Counted from the first letter of the stretch, positions 51,732 to 61,638 are shown. The stretch is 64,000 nt of DNA from Burkholderiaceae bacterium (GCA_035476635.1 DATILI010000168.1:12760-76759); one strand, 5' to 3'. The notes: generated by a model not told the origin, from the letters alone. Numbers and translations are program-made.

Positions 51732-52931
51732 ATGCCCGCAACGCAGCGTCCTGTCCATGTCATCGGCGTCGGTATGATCCCTTTCACCAAGCCCGGGGCC
51801 AGCGATGCCTATCACGTGATGGGCGCGCGAGCCGCAGCGCTGGCACTGCAGGACGCAGGGGTCGACTACGCGGACGTGGAACAAGCCTATGTGGGATATG
51901 TGTATGGCGACTCCACGGCTGGGCAGGCTGCGATCTACGGCGTCGGGCTGACCGGCATCCCCGTTTTCAACGTCAACAACAACTGTGCGACCGGCTCTTC
52001 GGCGCTGTTTCTTGCGAGGCAAGCGGTCGAAAGTGGAACCTCAGAATGCGCAATTGCGCTGGGCTTCGAGCAGATGCAGCCCGGCCCACTTAAAGGAACC
52101 TTCAGCGACCGCCCCACGCCAATGGCGCAGTTCGTGGAGGTGATGACGCAGAGGCAGGGCTTCAGCACCGATGCACCTCGGGCCGCGCAGTTCTTCGGTG
52201 GCGCAGCCCGCGACTACATCCGTGAATACGGGATTCGGCCCGATACGTTTGGCCGTATCTCGGTCAAATCGCGCCAGCATGCGGCACGCAACCCACTGGC
52301 GGTGTTTAGGCAGACCACCACGCTCGAAGAGGTCATGGCGTCTCCGGCTGTCTTCGACCCCCTCACGCGGCTCCAGTGCTGCCCACCGACGTGCGGGGCG
52401 GCGGCCGCCGTGCTGTGCTCGGCGGAGTTCGCTCGCAAGTATGGGCTGCGGACCGACGTTGCCATCGTGGCGCAGGCGATGAAGTCCGACATGCCTTCGA
52501 CGTTCGACACGAAGGACATGCGGAAGCTGGTGGGCTACGACATGAGCGCCGCGGCGGCCCACCAGGTCTACGAGGCGAGCGGGACGGGGCCGGAAGACCT
52601 GGATGTGGTCGAGCTGCACGACTGCTTCACGGCAAACGAGCTGATCACGTATGAGGCACTTGGCCTCACCGAACCCGGCACGGCCGAACGGTTCATCATG
52701 GACGGCGACAATACTTACGGAGGCAAGGTCGTGACCAACCCGTCTGGCGGCCTGTTGTCCAAGGGGCATCCGCTCGGTGCCACGGGACTTGCCCAGTGCG
52801 CCGAGCTCGTGTGGCAATTGCGCGGCGAAGCCGGCCATCGACAGGTCGAGGGCGCGAGGGTCGCGCTTCAACACAACTTGGGTCTCGGTGGTGTGTGTGT
52901 GGTGACGATGTACCAGGCGACGAGCGCGTGA
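51732..52931 (+). CDS. SCP2/SCPx-type thiolase (lipid-transfer-protein-like acetyl-CoA C-acyltransferase)
   Basis: Start at MPATQRPVHVIGVGMIPF. NVNNNCATGSSALFLA carries the nucleophile Cys. NPSGGLLSKGHPLGATGLAQ is present. Confidence 0.9.
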   Translation: MPATQRPVHVIGVGMIPFTKPGASDAYHVMGARAAALALQDAGVDYADVEQAYVGYVYGDSTAGQAAIYGVGLTGIPVFNVNNNCATGSSALFLARQAVESGTSECAIALGFEQMQPGPLKGTFSDRPTPMAQFVEVMTQRQGFSTDAPRAAQFFGGAARDYIREYGIRPDTFGRISVKSRQHAARNPLAVFRQTTTLEEVMASPAVFDPLTRLQCCPPTCGAAAAVLCSAEFARKYGLRTDVAIVAQAMKSDMPSTFDTKDMRKLVGYDMSAAAAHQVYEASGTGPEDLDVVELHDCFTANELITYEALGLTEPGTAERFIMDGDNTYGGKVVTNPSGGLLSKGHPLGATGLAQCAELVWQLRGEAGHRQVEGARVALQHNLGLGGVCVVTMYQATSA

Positions 52932-53386
52932 TCGACCGGCGGCACATCGGCCACAGCTTCGAACCGTTCCGCGTCGAAGTGGAGAAAAGGCGGCTGCGCT
53001 TCTTTGCCGAGGCCACGGGCGAGACCAATTTGGTGTACACCGACGAGACGATCGCAGCCGCGGCCGGCTACGGGAGCCTGCCCGTACCGCCCACCTTCCT
53101 GTATTGCCTTGAGATGGAGGGATCGCATCCAGCCGCGATTCGCGACCTGCTCGGCATCGACTACCGGAAAATCCTTCACGGCGAACAAGGGTTCAGCTAC
53201 CACGCGATGGCTTTTGCGGGCGACACGCTGACGTTTTCGCAGCGCCTCCATGACATCTACGAGCGCAAGGCGGGCGCGCTGGAATTCGTCGTTCGCCATA
53301 CGCGCGTTACGAACCAGCATGCGGAGCTCGTCGCCGAGCTTCGCTGTGTCACGGTCGTGAAGGTGCTCGGGAGTGTGCCAGCATGA
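52928..53386 (+). CDS. MaoC-N-terminal-type (FAS1-like) hotdog dehydratase subunit
   Basis: GTG start overlapping the thiolase stop (GTGA). ..FEPFRVEVEKRRLRFFAEATGE.. and ..PVPPTFLY.. are present. About 152 aa. Confidence 0.75.
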   Translation: MIDRRHIGHSFEPFRVEVEKRRLRFFAEATGETNLVYTDETIAAAAGYGSLPVPPTFLYCLEMEGSHPAAIRDLLGIDYRKILHGEQGFSYHAMAFAGDTLTFSQRLHDIYERKAGALEFVVRHTRVTNQHAELVAELRCVTVVKVLGSVPA

Positions 53387-53808
53387 ATACGTACGGGATT
53401 GAGTGGGATCGCGTCCAGCCTGGTGAGGAGCTGCCCCCGCTGCCTCCCATCCGCGTCACGCGGCTGATGCTCGCGCTGTATTGCGGCGCCTCTGGCGATC
53501 ACAACCCCGTGCATGTCGATGCGGACTTCGCGCGGGATGCCGGCATAAAGGATGTCTTCGCGCACGGCATGCTCTCTGCCGCGTGGATGGCAAGGCTGGT
53601 GACACGCTGGCTGCCGCAGGCGGCGCTCGACTCCTTCGACGTGCGCTTCCTGACGATCACGCATGTCGGGGAGCTCATCTCCTGTACCGGCCGCGTCGAC
53701 AGCAAATTCGAGCAGGACGGACGCCGCCTGGTGAAGCTGCAGCTCGAGACGCGAAACGAACACGGAATGCAGAAGCTCTCTGGCACTGCGGTGGCCGAAA
53801 TTCAATAG
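53383..53808 (+). CDS. MaoC-like (R)-specific enoyl-CoA hydratase hotdog subunit
   Basis: ATGA overlap. YCGASGDHNPVHVDADFARDAGIKDVFAHGML is the MaoC hydratase motif. Confidence 0.85.
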   Translation: MNTYGIEWDRVQPGEELPPLPPIRVTRLMLALYCGASGDHNPVHVDADFARDAGIKDVFAHGMLSAAWMARLVTRWLPQAALDSFDVRFLTITHVGELISCTGRVDSKFEQDGRRLVKLQLETRNEHGMQKLSGTAVAEIQ

Positions 53809-53820
53809 AGGACCTAAGTC

Positions 53821-54645
53821 ATGGCAAAACTCGACGGGAAAGTTGCACTTGTATCGGGCTCGGGTCGCGGCATCGGGCGAGAGATCGCTCTAAAGCTCGC
53901 GGGCGAAGGAGCGCGCGTGGTACTGAACGACCTGGACGAGGCTCCGGCGCGGCAGACCGCGGCCGACATCCGCGCCGCAGGGGGCGCGGCCTCCACTTGC
54001 ATCGGCAACGTGACGGACAGCGGCTTCGCTGACAAATTTGTGCGTACCGCCGTGGAGACCTACGGCGGGCTCGACATCATCGTCAACAACGCCGGCTACA
54101 CATGGGACAGCGTGGTGCAGAAGATGACCGACGAGCAGTGGGAGAAGATTCTCGCCGTCCACCTGACGGCGCCGTTCAGGATCCTTCGGGCGGCGTCGGG
54201 TTTCATTCGAGACGCCGCCAAGAAGGAGGCGCAGGAGGGCCGCGAAGTTTTCCGCAAGGTAGTGAACATATCGTCCACATCCGGCGTCTACGGCAACGCC
54301 GGGCAGTTGAACTACGCTGCGGCCAAATCTGGCGTCAACGGACTTACCAAGGCGCTCGCGAAGGAATGGGGGCGCTACAAGGTGAACGTCAACAGCGTGG
54401 CGTTCGGCCTCATCAGGACGCGCCTGACCGAGGTCGACGCAACCGCGGGCGCCACCATCGAGATTGAGGGCCACGAGATCAAGGTCGGTGTGAATCCGCA
54501 GACCTTTCGCAACGCCGAGACGCTCATTCCCCTGGGGCGCGCCGGAACGCCAGAGGAAGCGGCGGGAGCCGTTTACCTGTTCTGCATCCCGGAGTCGGAT
54601 CACGTCAGCGGCCAAGTCCTCGTGTGCGGCGGGGGTCGGCCGTGA
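53821..54645 (+). CDS. Short-chain dehydrogenase/reductase (3-hydroxyacyl-CoA / 3-oxoacyl reductase-like)
   Basis: GKVALVSGSGRGIGREIA, NNAG and YAAAKSG (YxxxK). Confidence 0.9.
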   Translation: MAKLDGKVALVSGSGRGIGREIALKLAGEGARVVLNDLDEAPARQTAADIRAAGGAASTCIGNVTDSGFADKFVRTAVETYGGLDIIVNNAGYTWDSVVQKMTDEQWEKILAVHLTAPFRILRAASGFIRDAAKKEAQEGREVFRKVVNISSTSGVYGNAGQLNYAAAKSGVNGLTKALAKEWGRYKVNVNSVAFGLIRTRLTEVDATAGATIEIEGHEIKVGVNPQTFRNAETLIPLGRAGTPEEAAGAVYLFCIPESDHVSGQVLVCGGGRP

Positions 54646-55799
54646 TCCGGCGTGCGCGCGTCTGGGCAAGCGAGGAGCTCGACCTCTTTCGCGAAAACGC
54701 TCGACGCTTTTTCGAGCGCGAATGCGTGCCCCATCTTGCGAAGTGGAGGGGGCAGCATTTCGCCGACCGCGACATTTGGACTCGCGCAGGAGCGGCCGGC
54801 ATCTTGTGTGCGAGCATGCCCGAGGAATACGGCGGCGGCGGAGGCAATTTCCTGCATGAGGCCGTGATCTGCGAAGAGCAGACGAGTTCGCTCGCCCAGT
54901 GCTTCAGCAACAATGTCCATAGCGGGATCGTCGCGCACTACCTGCTGGCATATGGCTCCGAACCGCAGAAGCACCGCTGGCTTCCCCGCATGGCCACGGG
55001 GGAGCTGGTTGCGGCAATCGCGATGACGGAGCCGGGCGCCGGCACCGACCTGCAGCGGATCCGGACGATGGCCACGCGCGAAGGCGACGCATGGCGCATC
55101 CGCGGCAGCAAGACGTTCATCACCAACGGCCTGCATGCGGGGCTCGTTTGTGTCGCCGCGAAGACAGACCAGCAGGGCGGGGCCCGGAGCATTTCGCTCT
55201 TCATGGTCGAAACGAACGGCACTGCTGGCTTTAGGCGCGGCCCCGCGCTCGACAAGCTAGGCCAGCGCAGCCAAGACACCTGTGAGATCTTTTTCGACGA
55301 CGTGCGGATCCCCGCCGACAACCTGCTCGGGGAGACAGAGGGCCGCGGCTTCGCGCAGCTGATGGAGCAGCTCCCGCGAGAGCGGTTGCTGATAGCAGTG
55401 GGCGCCGTTGCTTCTATGAGGCGGGCGCTTGACGAGACGCTGCGGTACGTTCGCGAGCGGCAGGTCTTCGGGGCCTCCCTGCTTGCTTTGCAGAACACGC
55501 GCTTCAAGCTCGCCGAGTGCGAAACGCAGTACCAGGTGACCCGCGCATTTGTCGATGAGTGCATCGCGCGGCTGCTTGCGGGTGAGCTGGACGTCGCCGC
55601 TGCGGCGATGGCGAAGTGGTGGGCGACCGATACGTGCTGCCGCGTCGTCGACGAGTGCCTACAGCTGCATGGCGGCTACGGGTTCATGAACGAGTACCCC
55701 ATCGCGGTGATGTACGCCGACGTCCGGGTCGGGCGCATCTACGGTGGCGCGAACGAGGTCATGAAGGAACTCGTCGCGCGCTCCATGGAGCGGCAGTAA
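54642..55799 (+). CDS. Acyl-CoA dehydrogenase
   Basis: GTG start overlapping the SDR stop. AMTEPGAGTDL, KTFITNG and QLHGGYGFMNEYPI..RIYGGANEV are present. Confidence 0.9.
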   Translation: MIRRARVWASEELDLFRENARRFFERECVPHLAKWRGQHFADRDIWTRAGAAGILCASMPEEYGGGGGNFLHEAVICEEQTSSLAQCFSNNVHSGIVAHYLLAYGSEPQKHRWLPRMATGELVAAIAMTEPGAGTDLQRIRTMATREGDAWRIRGSKTFITNGLHAGLVCVAAKTDQQGGARSISLFMVETNGTAGFRRGPALDKLGQRSQDTCEIFFDDVRIPADNLLGETEGRGFAQLMEQLPRERLLIAVGAVASMRRALDETLRYVRERQVFGASLLALQNTRFKLAECETQYQVTRAFVDECIARLLAGELDVAAAAMAKWWATDTCCRVVDECLQLHGGYGFMNEYPIAVMYADVRVGRIYGGANEVMKELVARSMERQ

Positions 55800-57494
55800 A
55801 TGGTCGCCGCCATAAGCCGGCCTTGGCCCCAGGGTGTCTCCCGGCAGATCTGCGTGCCGCAGGTGCCGCTGACCGACTATCTCCAGACCGCCGCGAGGCG
55901 CTACCCGGACAAGCCGGCGCTGGTGTATTGCGACGCAATCACAACCTATTTTCGCCTGCATGAGCGCGTTGATGCGCTGGCCGGCTTCCTGCAAGCGCAG
56001 CTTGGCCTGCGCAAGGGTGACCGTGTGCTCCTCTCGGGACAGAACTGCCCACAGTTCGTCACGGCCTTCTACGCCATCCTTGCGGCAGGCGGTGTCGTGG
56101 TTCCGGTCAACCCCATGAGCCGCATGAAAGAGGTGCGCTTCTACGCCAGCGACAGCGGCGCGAGGCTCGCGATCCTCGCGCAGGAGCTCCTCTCCGAAAT
56201 CCCCGTGGGTGGTGACGACGCGGGCTGTCTGGCCGCGGCGGTGGTCTTCCGCTACGCGGATGCCCTTCCCGGCGAAACGGGAGGCGCTGACGTGCCCGAT
56301 TGGGTTGCCGCCCCCGCGTCGCCACTTGATTCGCCGGCGCTCCATGGGTTCGAGGATGCGATCCGGGCGGGGTTGGTTCCGGAGCCTGCGGGCGCCACCG
56401 TGCATGACATCGCGCTGCTGCCGTACACCTCTGGCACCACCGGTAATCCAAAGGGCTGCATGCACACGCATGCAACGCTGCTTGCAGCGGCTGTCGCGTC
56501 CAGCGTCTGGAAGCGCCTCAGCGTGGAGACGGTGTCACTCGCGGTAGCGCCGCTTTTTCACATGCTCGGTCTGCAGAACGGGATGAATATCCCCATCACG
56601 CTCGGCGCTACGTCGGTGCTGATGCCCAGGTGGAATCCGCTCGAGGCGGCGAGGCAGATCGAAAGGCACCGCGTCACTGCATGGTCGGCGCCGCCGGCGA
56701 TGGTGATCGACCTGTTCTCTCGCCCGGAAGCCGCGCAATACGATCTCTCCAGCCTCTGCCTCCTGTCCGGAGGCGGCGCCGCGATGCCGGAGGCGGTGGG
56801 TGACATGCTCTCGCGGCAATACGGCATTGAATACAACGAGTCGTACGGCCTCACCGAGACCGCATCTTTCCTGATTTCGAATCCACCCAGTCGCGGCAAG
56901 AGGCAATGCCTGGGCATTGCGACCCAAGGTGTCGATGCGCGGGTTGTGGATCCCGAAACAGGACGCGAACTCGCCGCGGGCGAGACAGGGGAATTGGTTG
57001 TCGCGGGGGCCCAGGTGATGCAGGGCTATTGGCGGCATCCGGAGGCGAACATCCACGGGTTCATGGAGATCGAGGGCAGCCGCTTCCTGCGCACCGGCGA
57101 CCTCGTGCTCCAGGACAACGAGGGCTACTTCTTCATGCGTGACCGTCTCAAACGCATGATCAATGCGTCCGGGTTCAAGGTCTGGCCCTCGGAAGTGGAG
57201 AACGCCATGTATGACCATCCGGCTGTTCTCGAGGCTTGCGTCATCGGCGTCCCCGACGTGAAGCGCGGTGAAACCGTGAAGGCTTTGCTCGTGCTCAAGC
57301 CCGAGCATCAAGGTTGCACGAGCGAAGAAGACGTCATCGCGTGGTGCCGCGACCACATGGCTGTCTATAAGGCGCCGCGTTTCGTCGAGTTCGTTGACTC
57401 CTTGCCGAAGTCCAGCGCTGGAAAGATCCTATGGCGCGAACTGCAGCAATTGCATTCGGTGCAACCGGCAGGTGCGAAAGGAGCGCGGGGATGA
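55800..57494 (+). CDS. AMP-dependent acyl-CoA synthetase/ligase
   Basis: LPYTSGTTGNPKGCMHTH is the AMP-binding motif. YGLTET, TGDL and a C-terminal ..PKSSAGKILWREL are present. Confidence 0.92.
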   Translation: MVAAISRPWPQGVSRQICVPQVPLTDYLQTAARRYPDKPALVYCDAITTYFRLHERVDALAGFLQAQLGLRKGDRVLLSGQNCPQFVTAFYAILAAGGVVVPVNPMSRMKEVRFYASDSGARLAILAQELLSEIPVGGDDAGCLAAAVVFRYADALPGETGGADVPDWVAAPASPLDSPALHGFEDAIRAGLVPEPAGATVHDIALLPYTSGTTGNPKGCMHTHATLLAAAVASSVWKRLSVETVSLAVAPLFHMLGLQNGMNIPITLGATSVLMPRWNPLEAARQIERHRVTAWSAPPAMVIDLFSRPEAAQYDLSSLCLLSGGGAAMPEAVGDMLSRQYGIEYNESYGLTETASFLISNPPSRGKRQCLGIATQGVDARVVDPETGRELAAGETGELVVAGAQVMQGYWRHPEANIHGFMEIEGSRFLRTGDLVLQDNEGYFFMRDRLKRMINASGFKVWPSEVENAMYDHPAVLEACVIGVPDVKRGETVKALLVLKPEHQGCTSEEDVIAWCRDHMAVYKAPRFVEFVDSLPKSSAGKILWRELQQLHSVQPAGAKGARG

Positions 57495-58198
57495 TCGACA
57501 AGATTGCCGCGTCGCTGCCCGAGGCCGTCGCTGGAATCCGCGACGGCTCGACTGTGATGATAGGCGGGTTCGGCACTTCGGGCGTCCCGCTCGAGCTTGT
57601 CGGCGCGCTGATCGAACAGGGTGCCTGTGAGCTCACGGTGGTCAGCAACAGCGCGGGCAACGCCGACAACGCACTGGCTGCACTCCTGAAGACGGGCAGG
57701 GTGCGCAAGATCATCTGCAGCTTTCCGCGGCAGCCCGACAGCTGGGTGTTCGACGAGCTGTATCGCGCAGGCCGGATCGATCTCGAGCTCGTGCCGCAGG
57801 GCAGCCTGGCTGAGCGCATCCGCGCCGCGGGTGCAGGCATCGGCGGGTTCTTCACTCCAACGGGCTACGGTACCCAGCTTGCCGCCGACAGGGAGGTACG
57901 CGAGATCCGCGGCCGCATGCATGTTTTCGAAGAAGCGATCCATGGCGACATCGCCCTGGTGAAGGCGGAAGCGGGTGACCGGTGGGGCAATCTCACCTAC
58001 CGCAAGGCCGCGCGCAACTTCGGGCCGATCATGGCGACGGCCGCGGCCAGGACCATCGCGAGCGTTCACGAACTCGTGCCACTTGGCGCACTCGATCCCG
58101 AAGGCATCGTCACCCCAGGCATCTTCGTCGACTGTGTCGTGAAGATCCCGCGGCTGGCGAGCTGTGCGAGTGACTCCCTTCCGAGCCGCGCAGCATGA
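57491..58198 (+). CDS. 3-oxoacid CoA-transferase subunit A
   Basis: ATGA overlap. MIDKIAASLPEAVAGIRDGSTVMIGGFGTSGVP and ELVPQGSLAERIRAAGAGIGGFFTPTG are present. Confidence 0.92.
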   Translation: MIDKIAASLPEAVAGIRDGSTVMIGGFGTSGVPLELVGALIEQGACELTVVSNSAGNADNALAALLKTGRVRKIICSFPRQPDSWVFDELYRAGRIDLELVPQGSLAERIRAAGAGIGGFFTPTGYGTQLAADREVREIRGRMHVFEEAIHGDIALVKAEAGDRWGNLTYRKAARNFGPIMATAAARTIASVHELVPLGALDPEGIVTPGIFVDCVVKIPRLASCASDSLPSRAA

Positions 58199-58836
58199 AG
58201 CACAAGCGAAGGTCCAGGGATGAGATGGCAAGCTGCGTTGCGCGCGACATCCGCGACGGCGCCTGCGTGAACCTCGGCATAGGGATTCCGACGCTGGTCG
58301 CGAACCATATACCGGCGGGCATCGAGATCGTCCTGCAGAGCGAAAACGGAATCCTGGGCATGGGGCCACCGCCACTCGCCGATGAGGAAGACTACGACCT
58401 CACGAATGCGGGCAAGGACCCGGTTACGCTGCTGGCCGGCGGCGCGTACGTTCACCACGCTGATAGTTTCGCCATGATTCGAGGCGGCCACCTGGACGTG
58501 TCGGTTCTCGGCGCCTTCCAGGTTTCAGCGACCGGCGATCTCGCCAACTGGCACACCGGCGCGCCGGATGCGGTGCCGGGCGTGGGCGGTGCGATGGATC
58601 TCGCCGTGGGAGCCCGGCAGACATGGGTGATGATGGACTTGCTCACGCGTGAAGGCACGAGCAAGCTGGTGGAACGCTGCTCTTACCCTCTTACCGCGAT
58701 CGGCTGCGTGAAGCGCGTGTACACCGATCTCGGCACTTTCGAGTGCGGATCGCAGGGCCTGCGGCTGCTCGATGTGGTGGACGGCTTGGGGCGCACGGAG
58801 CTCGAGGCGCTGGTTGGGCTCCCCATTCGCGGCTAA
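58195..58836 (+). CDS. 3-oxoacid CoA-transferase subunit B
   Basis: ATGA overlap. VNLGIGIPTLVAN and LQSENGILG (catalytic Glu region) and GAFQVSATGDLANW are present. Confidence 0.92.
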   Translation: MKHKRRSRDEMASCVARDIRDGACVNLGIGIPTLVANHIPAGIEIVLQSENGILGMGPPPLADEEDYDLTNAGKDPVTLLAGGAYVHHADSFAMIRGGHLDVSVLGAFQVSATGDLANWHTGAPDAVPGVGGAMDLAVGARQTWVMMDLLTREGTSKLVERCSYPLTAIGCVKRVYTDLGTFECGSQGLRLLDVVDGLGRTELEALVGLPIRG

Positions 58837-58852
58837 TGCCGCGCGCAACAAC

Positions 58853-59620
58853 TCAACGCCCGCGTATGACGCGTTTGATGGCGTTGTATCCCAGAGATTC
58901 CGAAACTCGCTGTGCGCCTTTCAGTGCAAGCGTCGCGTGGTTGCGAATGACCTTGTCTGTCAGCCTCTCCGAAGGGCCCGCTAGGCCAATGGCAGCGATG
59001 ACTGTCCCCGACGCGTCGAAGATGGGAACCGCCAAACCCGAGATTCCTTCACGGTGTTCCCCTCGGTTGATCACGAACCGGTCTGCTTTAATGCGCACCA
59101 GCTCGCGGCACAAGGTAGTGGCATCGACGATTGTGCGGCTCGTGAACTTGCGCATGCGGCGCGTCGCGGCCGCCAGCGCCTTGTCGCTGGCAAAGGAAAG
59201 CAGGAGCTTGCCGGTTGCCACGCAATGCGCCGGGTATCGCTCCCCGGGTTCGCCGTGGACGTGGAGGGGAAGGCGCGATTCGATGCGGTCAACATAAGTG
59301 ACGTAGCCGTTCTCGAGGATGGCGAGCAGGATAGTTTCGCCTGTGGCCTCGGAAAGGGCCTTCATCTGGATTCTGGCCTCGGCGAAAACGTCGACCCTCT
59401 GCATGATGCGCGAGGCCGAGTGCCACATCTTGAGTGTGCACTGGTAGTTGCTGCCCTCGGACTGCTTCACGTAGCCGGCGCGCATGAGGGTTTGCAGGAT
59501 GCGGTGTGCGCTGCTCTTGGAAATGTGCAGGCTCGCCGCCACCTCCGTCACGCCGCAGGGATGCTCGCTTTCAGCAAGGTGGTCCAGGACGGTCAGCCCG
59601 GTCAAGAGCGTGCTGTACAT
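58853..59620 (-). CDS. IclR-family transcriptional regulator
   Basis: LTVLDHLAESEHPCGVTEVAASLHISKSSAHRILQTLMRAGYV plus an effector domain. 255 aa. Confidence 0.9.
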   Translation of the reverse strand: MYSTLLTGLTVLDHLAESEHPCGVTEVAASLHISKSSAHRILQTLMRAGYVKQSEGSNYQCTLKMWHSASRIMQRVDVFAEARIQMKALSEATGETILLAILENGYVTYVDRIESRLPLHVHGEPGERYPAHCVATGKLLLSFASDKALAAATRRMRKFTSRTIVDATTLCRELVRIKADRFVINRGEHREGISGLAVPIFDASGTVIAAIGLAGPSERLTDKVIRNHATLALKGAQRVSESLGYNAIKRVIRGR

Positions 59621-59623
59621 GCC

Positions 59624-60598
59624 TCATTTTGCGGTAAGTCCCAGCTTCCTGACAATAGGCCCGTAAACAGTCACGTCGCGTCGCATCATCGTTGCCAGCT
59701 CTTCAGGGCCGATGTGTGCGGTGCTGTAGAACTTTCCGACACGCTCGATGACGTCCGGCATGGTCGAGAACGCCTTGAGTTCGTTGTTGAGGCGATCGAT
59801 CACCGCCTTCGGCGTGCCGCCAGGCGCGGCGAGGCCAACGTAGGTCTCGCCCATCACCGGCATGTTGATGCCGAGCTCCGCAAACGTCGGAATGTCCGGA
59901 TAGTTCGGGGAACGCTTGTGGCCGCCGATGGCAATGCCGCGAAGCTTTCCCGACTTGATTAGGTCGACGAAGCTGGTGCCCGCCACCACCTGCACTTCAC
60001 CGCTCATCGCGGCCAGGTAACTTTGCGCGCCGCCCTTGTAAGGCACGTGAACCATGTTGAGTCCCAGCTCCGTCTGGAGGTAGGCAAAGCCTAGGTGCGG
60101 AAGGCTGCCGATGCCGTAGGTGCCGAAATTGATTTCCCCGCGCGGGCTCTTTGCCAGTGCAACGAAGTCGGCGAAATTGCGGATCGGAAGCGCCGGGTTG
60201 ACGGCAAGCACAAAGGGGTTCCCTCGCACGATTGTGCCGATAGGTGCGAAGTCCTTGATCGGGTCATACGGCGCGGGGTGGTGCATGGCGGGCATGCTGC
60301 CTACCAAGTCGGTGTTGAACGCAATAAGCACGAGTCCGTCAGGTGCGGCGCGAGCGACGGACTGCATCGCGATCACGCCGCCCGCACCTGACTTGTTCTC
60401 GACGATCACCGCCTTGCCTAGCGTCTGCGTCCACTTCTCGGCGAGCAACCGTGCCATCGTATCGATCGTCGCGCCAGGTGGATATGGCACGACGATCTTG
60501 ATCGGCCCGTTCGGGTACGAGTCGGTCTGGGCGGCTGCAGTTGCGCAGCAGATTGCGAGCATCAGCGCGGACACCATCGCGGTCAGTTTCTTTAACAT
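59624..60598 (-). CDS. Bug/TctC-family periplasmic substrate-binding protein
   Basis: Start at MLKKLTAMVSALMLAICCATAAAQ (signal peptide). YPNGPIKIVVPYPPGATIDTMAR and VENKSGAGGVIA are present. Confidence 0.9.
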   Translation of the reverse strand: MLKKLTAMVSALMLAICCATAAAQTDSYPNGPIKIVVPYPPGATIDTMARLLAEKWTQTLGKAVIVENKSGAGGVIAMQSVARAAPDGLVLIAFNTDLVGSMPAMHHPAPYDPIKDFAPIGTIVRGNPFVLAVNPALPIRNFADFVALAKSPRGEINFGTYGIGSLPHLGFAYLQTELGLNMVHVPYKGGAQSYLAAMSGEVQVVAGTSFVDLIKSGKLRGIAIGGHKRSPNYPDIPTFAELGINMPVMGETYVGLAAPGGTPKAVIDRLNNELKAFSTMPDVIERVGKFYSTAHIGPEELATMMRRDVTVYGPIVRKLGLTAK

Positions 60599-60633
60599 CC
60601 TGTTGAACTCCTGTTGGGGTGTGGGCCGCATGA

Positions 60634-61626
60634 TCACTCGGCCTCGATGCCTGTTGCCTTGATGAGGCGTTGCCAAGTGGCTGCCTCTACGCGTATCAGC
60701 TGGTCGTATTCCTGCGGTGTACTCGTCTGCGCCTCGATACCGAGAGCCATGGCTCTTTCGCGGAAGCGCGGGTCCGCAGCGACCTCTCGCAGCGCAGCGT
60801 TGAGCCGTTCGATCACAGGCTGCGGCGTGCCCTCCGGTGCCGAGATGCCCCACCAGGAGCCGTTGGTGAACTCGCGTGCGCCGAGGCCGGCTTCGCTGAG
60901 AGTGGGAACGTCCGGCAGCAAGAACGAACGGGCGCGGCCGGTCACCGCCAGCGCGCGCAGTTTTCCCGAATGAATATGCGCGAGAGTGGAGCTAGTTCCG
61001 AGAAAAATCATGTGCACGTGACCAGCAATCACCGCCGTGAGCGCAGGCCCGCTTCCGGTGAACGGAATGCCGGTGATCTTGGTATCGGTGGTCATCTTCA
61101 GCAGTTCGGCGAGCAGGAAGGGCTGATTGCCCGCGCCCGCGTGCGCATAAGTAAGGAAGTTGGGTCTCGCCTTCGCAAGTTGAAGCAGATCCCTGACGTT
61201 CGCGGCTTTCACCTCGGGGTTTACCACTAGGACAAGGGACTGCCGCGCCATAAGCGCGACGGGCGCCAGCTGGTTGATTGGATCCGTGCGCATGTTCTTC
61301 ACGATGCTGCGGTTCACCGCGACCCAGATACCCGAGAGCAGGAGCGTCTGTCCGTCGGGCTTCGACCGGATGACGTACTCCGTGCCGATATTCCCCGCGG
61401 CACCCGGCTTGTTTTCGACGACAACCGGCACGCCGAAGATTCGCGAGAGCTCTGGCGCGAGCAGTCGCGCCAATGCATCGGCCCCCGCCCCGGGCGCGAA
61501 TGGGACCACTATCTGCACCGGGCCCGCAGGGAACTTCGCCTGTGACCGGGCGAGCTGCGGGCTCAGGAGGATCGATACTGCAAGCACGGCCCACGATAGC
61601 GACCGGGTGAAAGCGCAAGTCTTCAC
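60634..61626 (-). CDS. Bug/TctC-family periplasmic substrate-binding protein
   Basis: Signal peptide ..LLSPQLARSQA, then FPAGPVQIVVPFAPGAGADALAR and VENKPGAAGNIG. Confidence 0.9.
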   Translation of the reverse strand: MKTCAFTRSLSWAVLAVSILLSPQLARSQAKFPAGPVQIVVPFAPGAGADALARLLAPELSRIFGVPVVVENKPGAAGNIGTEYVIRSKPDGQTLLLSGIWVAVNRSIVKNMRTDPINQLAPVALMARQSLVLVVNPEVKAANVRDLLQLAKARPNFLTYAHAGAGNQPFLLAELLKMTTDTKITGIPFTGSGPALTAVIAGHVHMIFLGTSSTLAHIHSGKLRALAVTGRARSFLLPDVPTLSEAGLGAREFTNGSWWGISAPEGTPQPVIERLNAALREVAADPRFRERAMALGIEAQTSTPQEYDQLIRVEAATWQRLIKATGIEAE

Positions 61627-61638
61627 GACACTCTTCTC

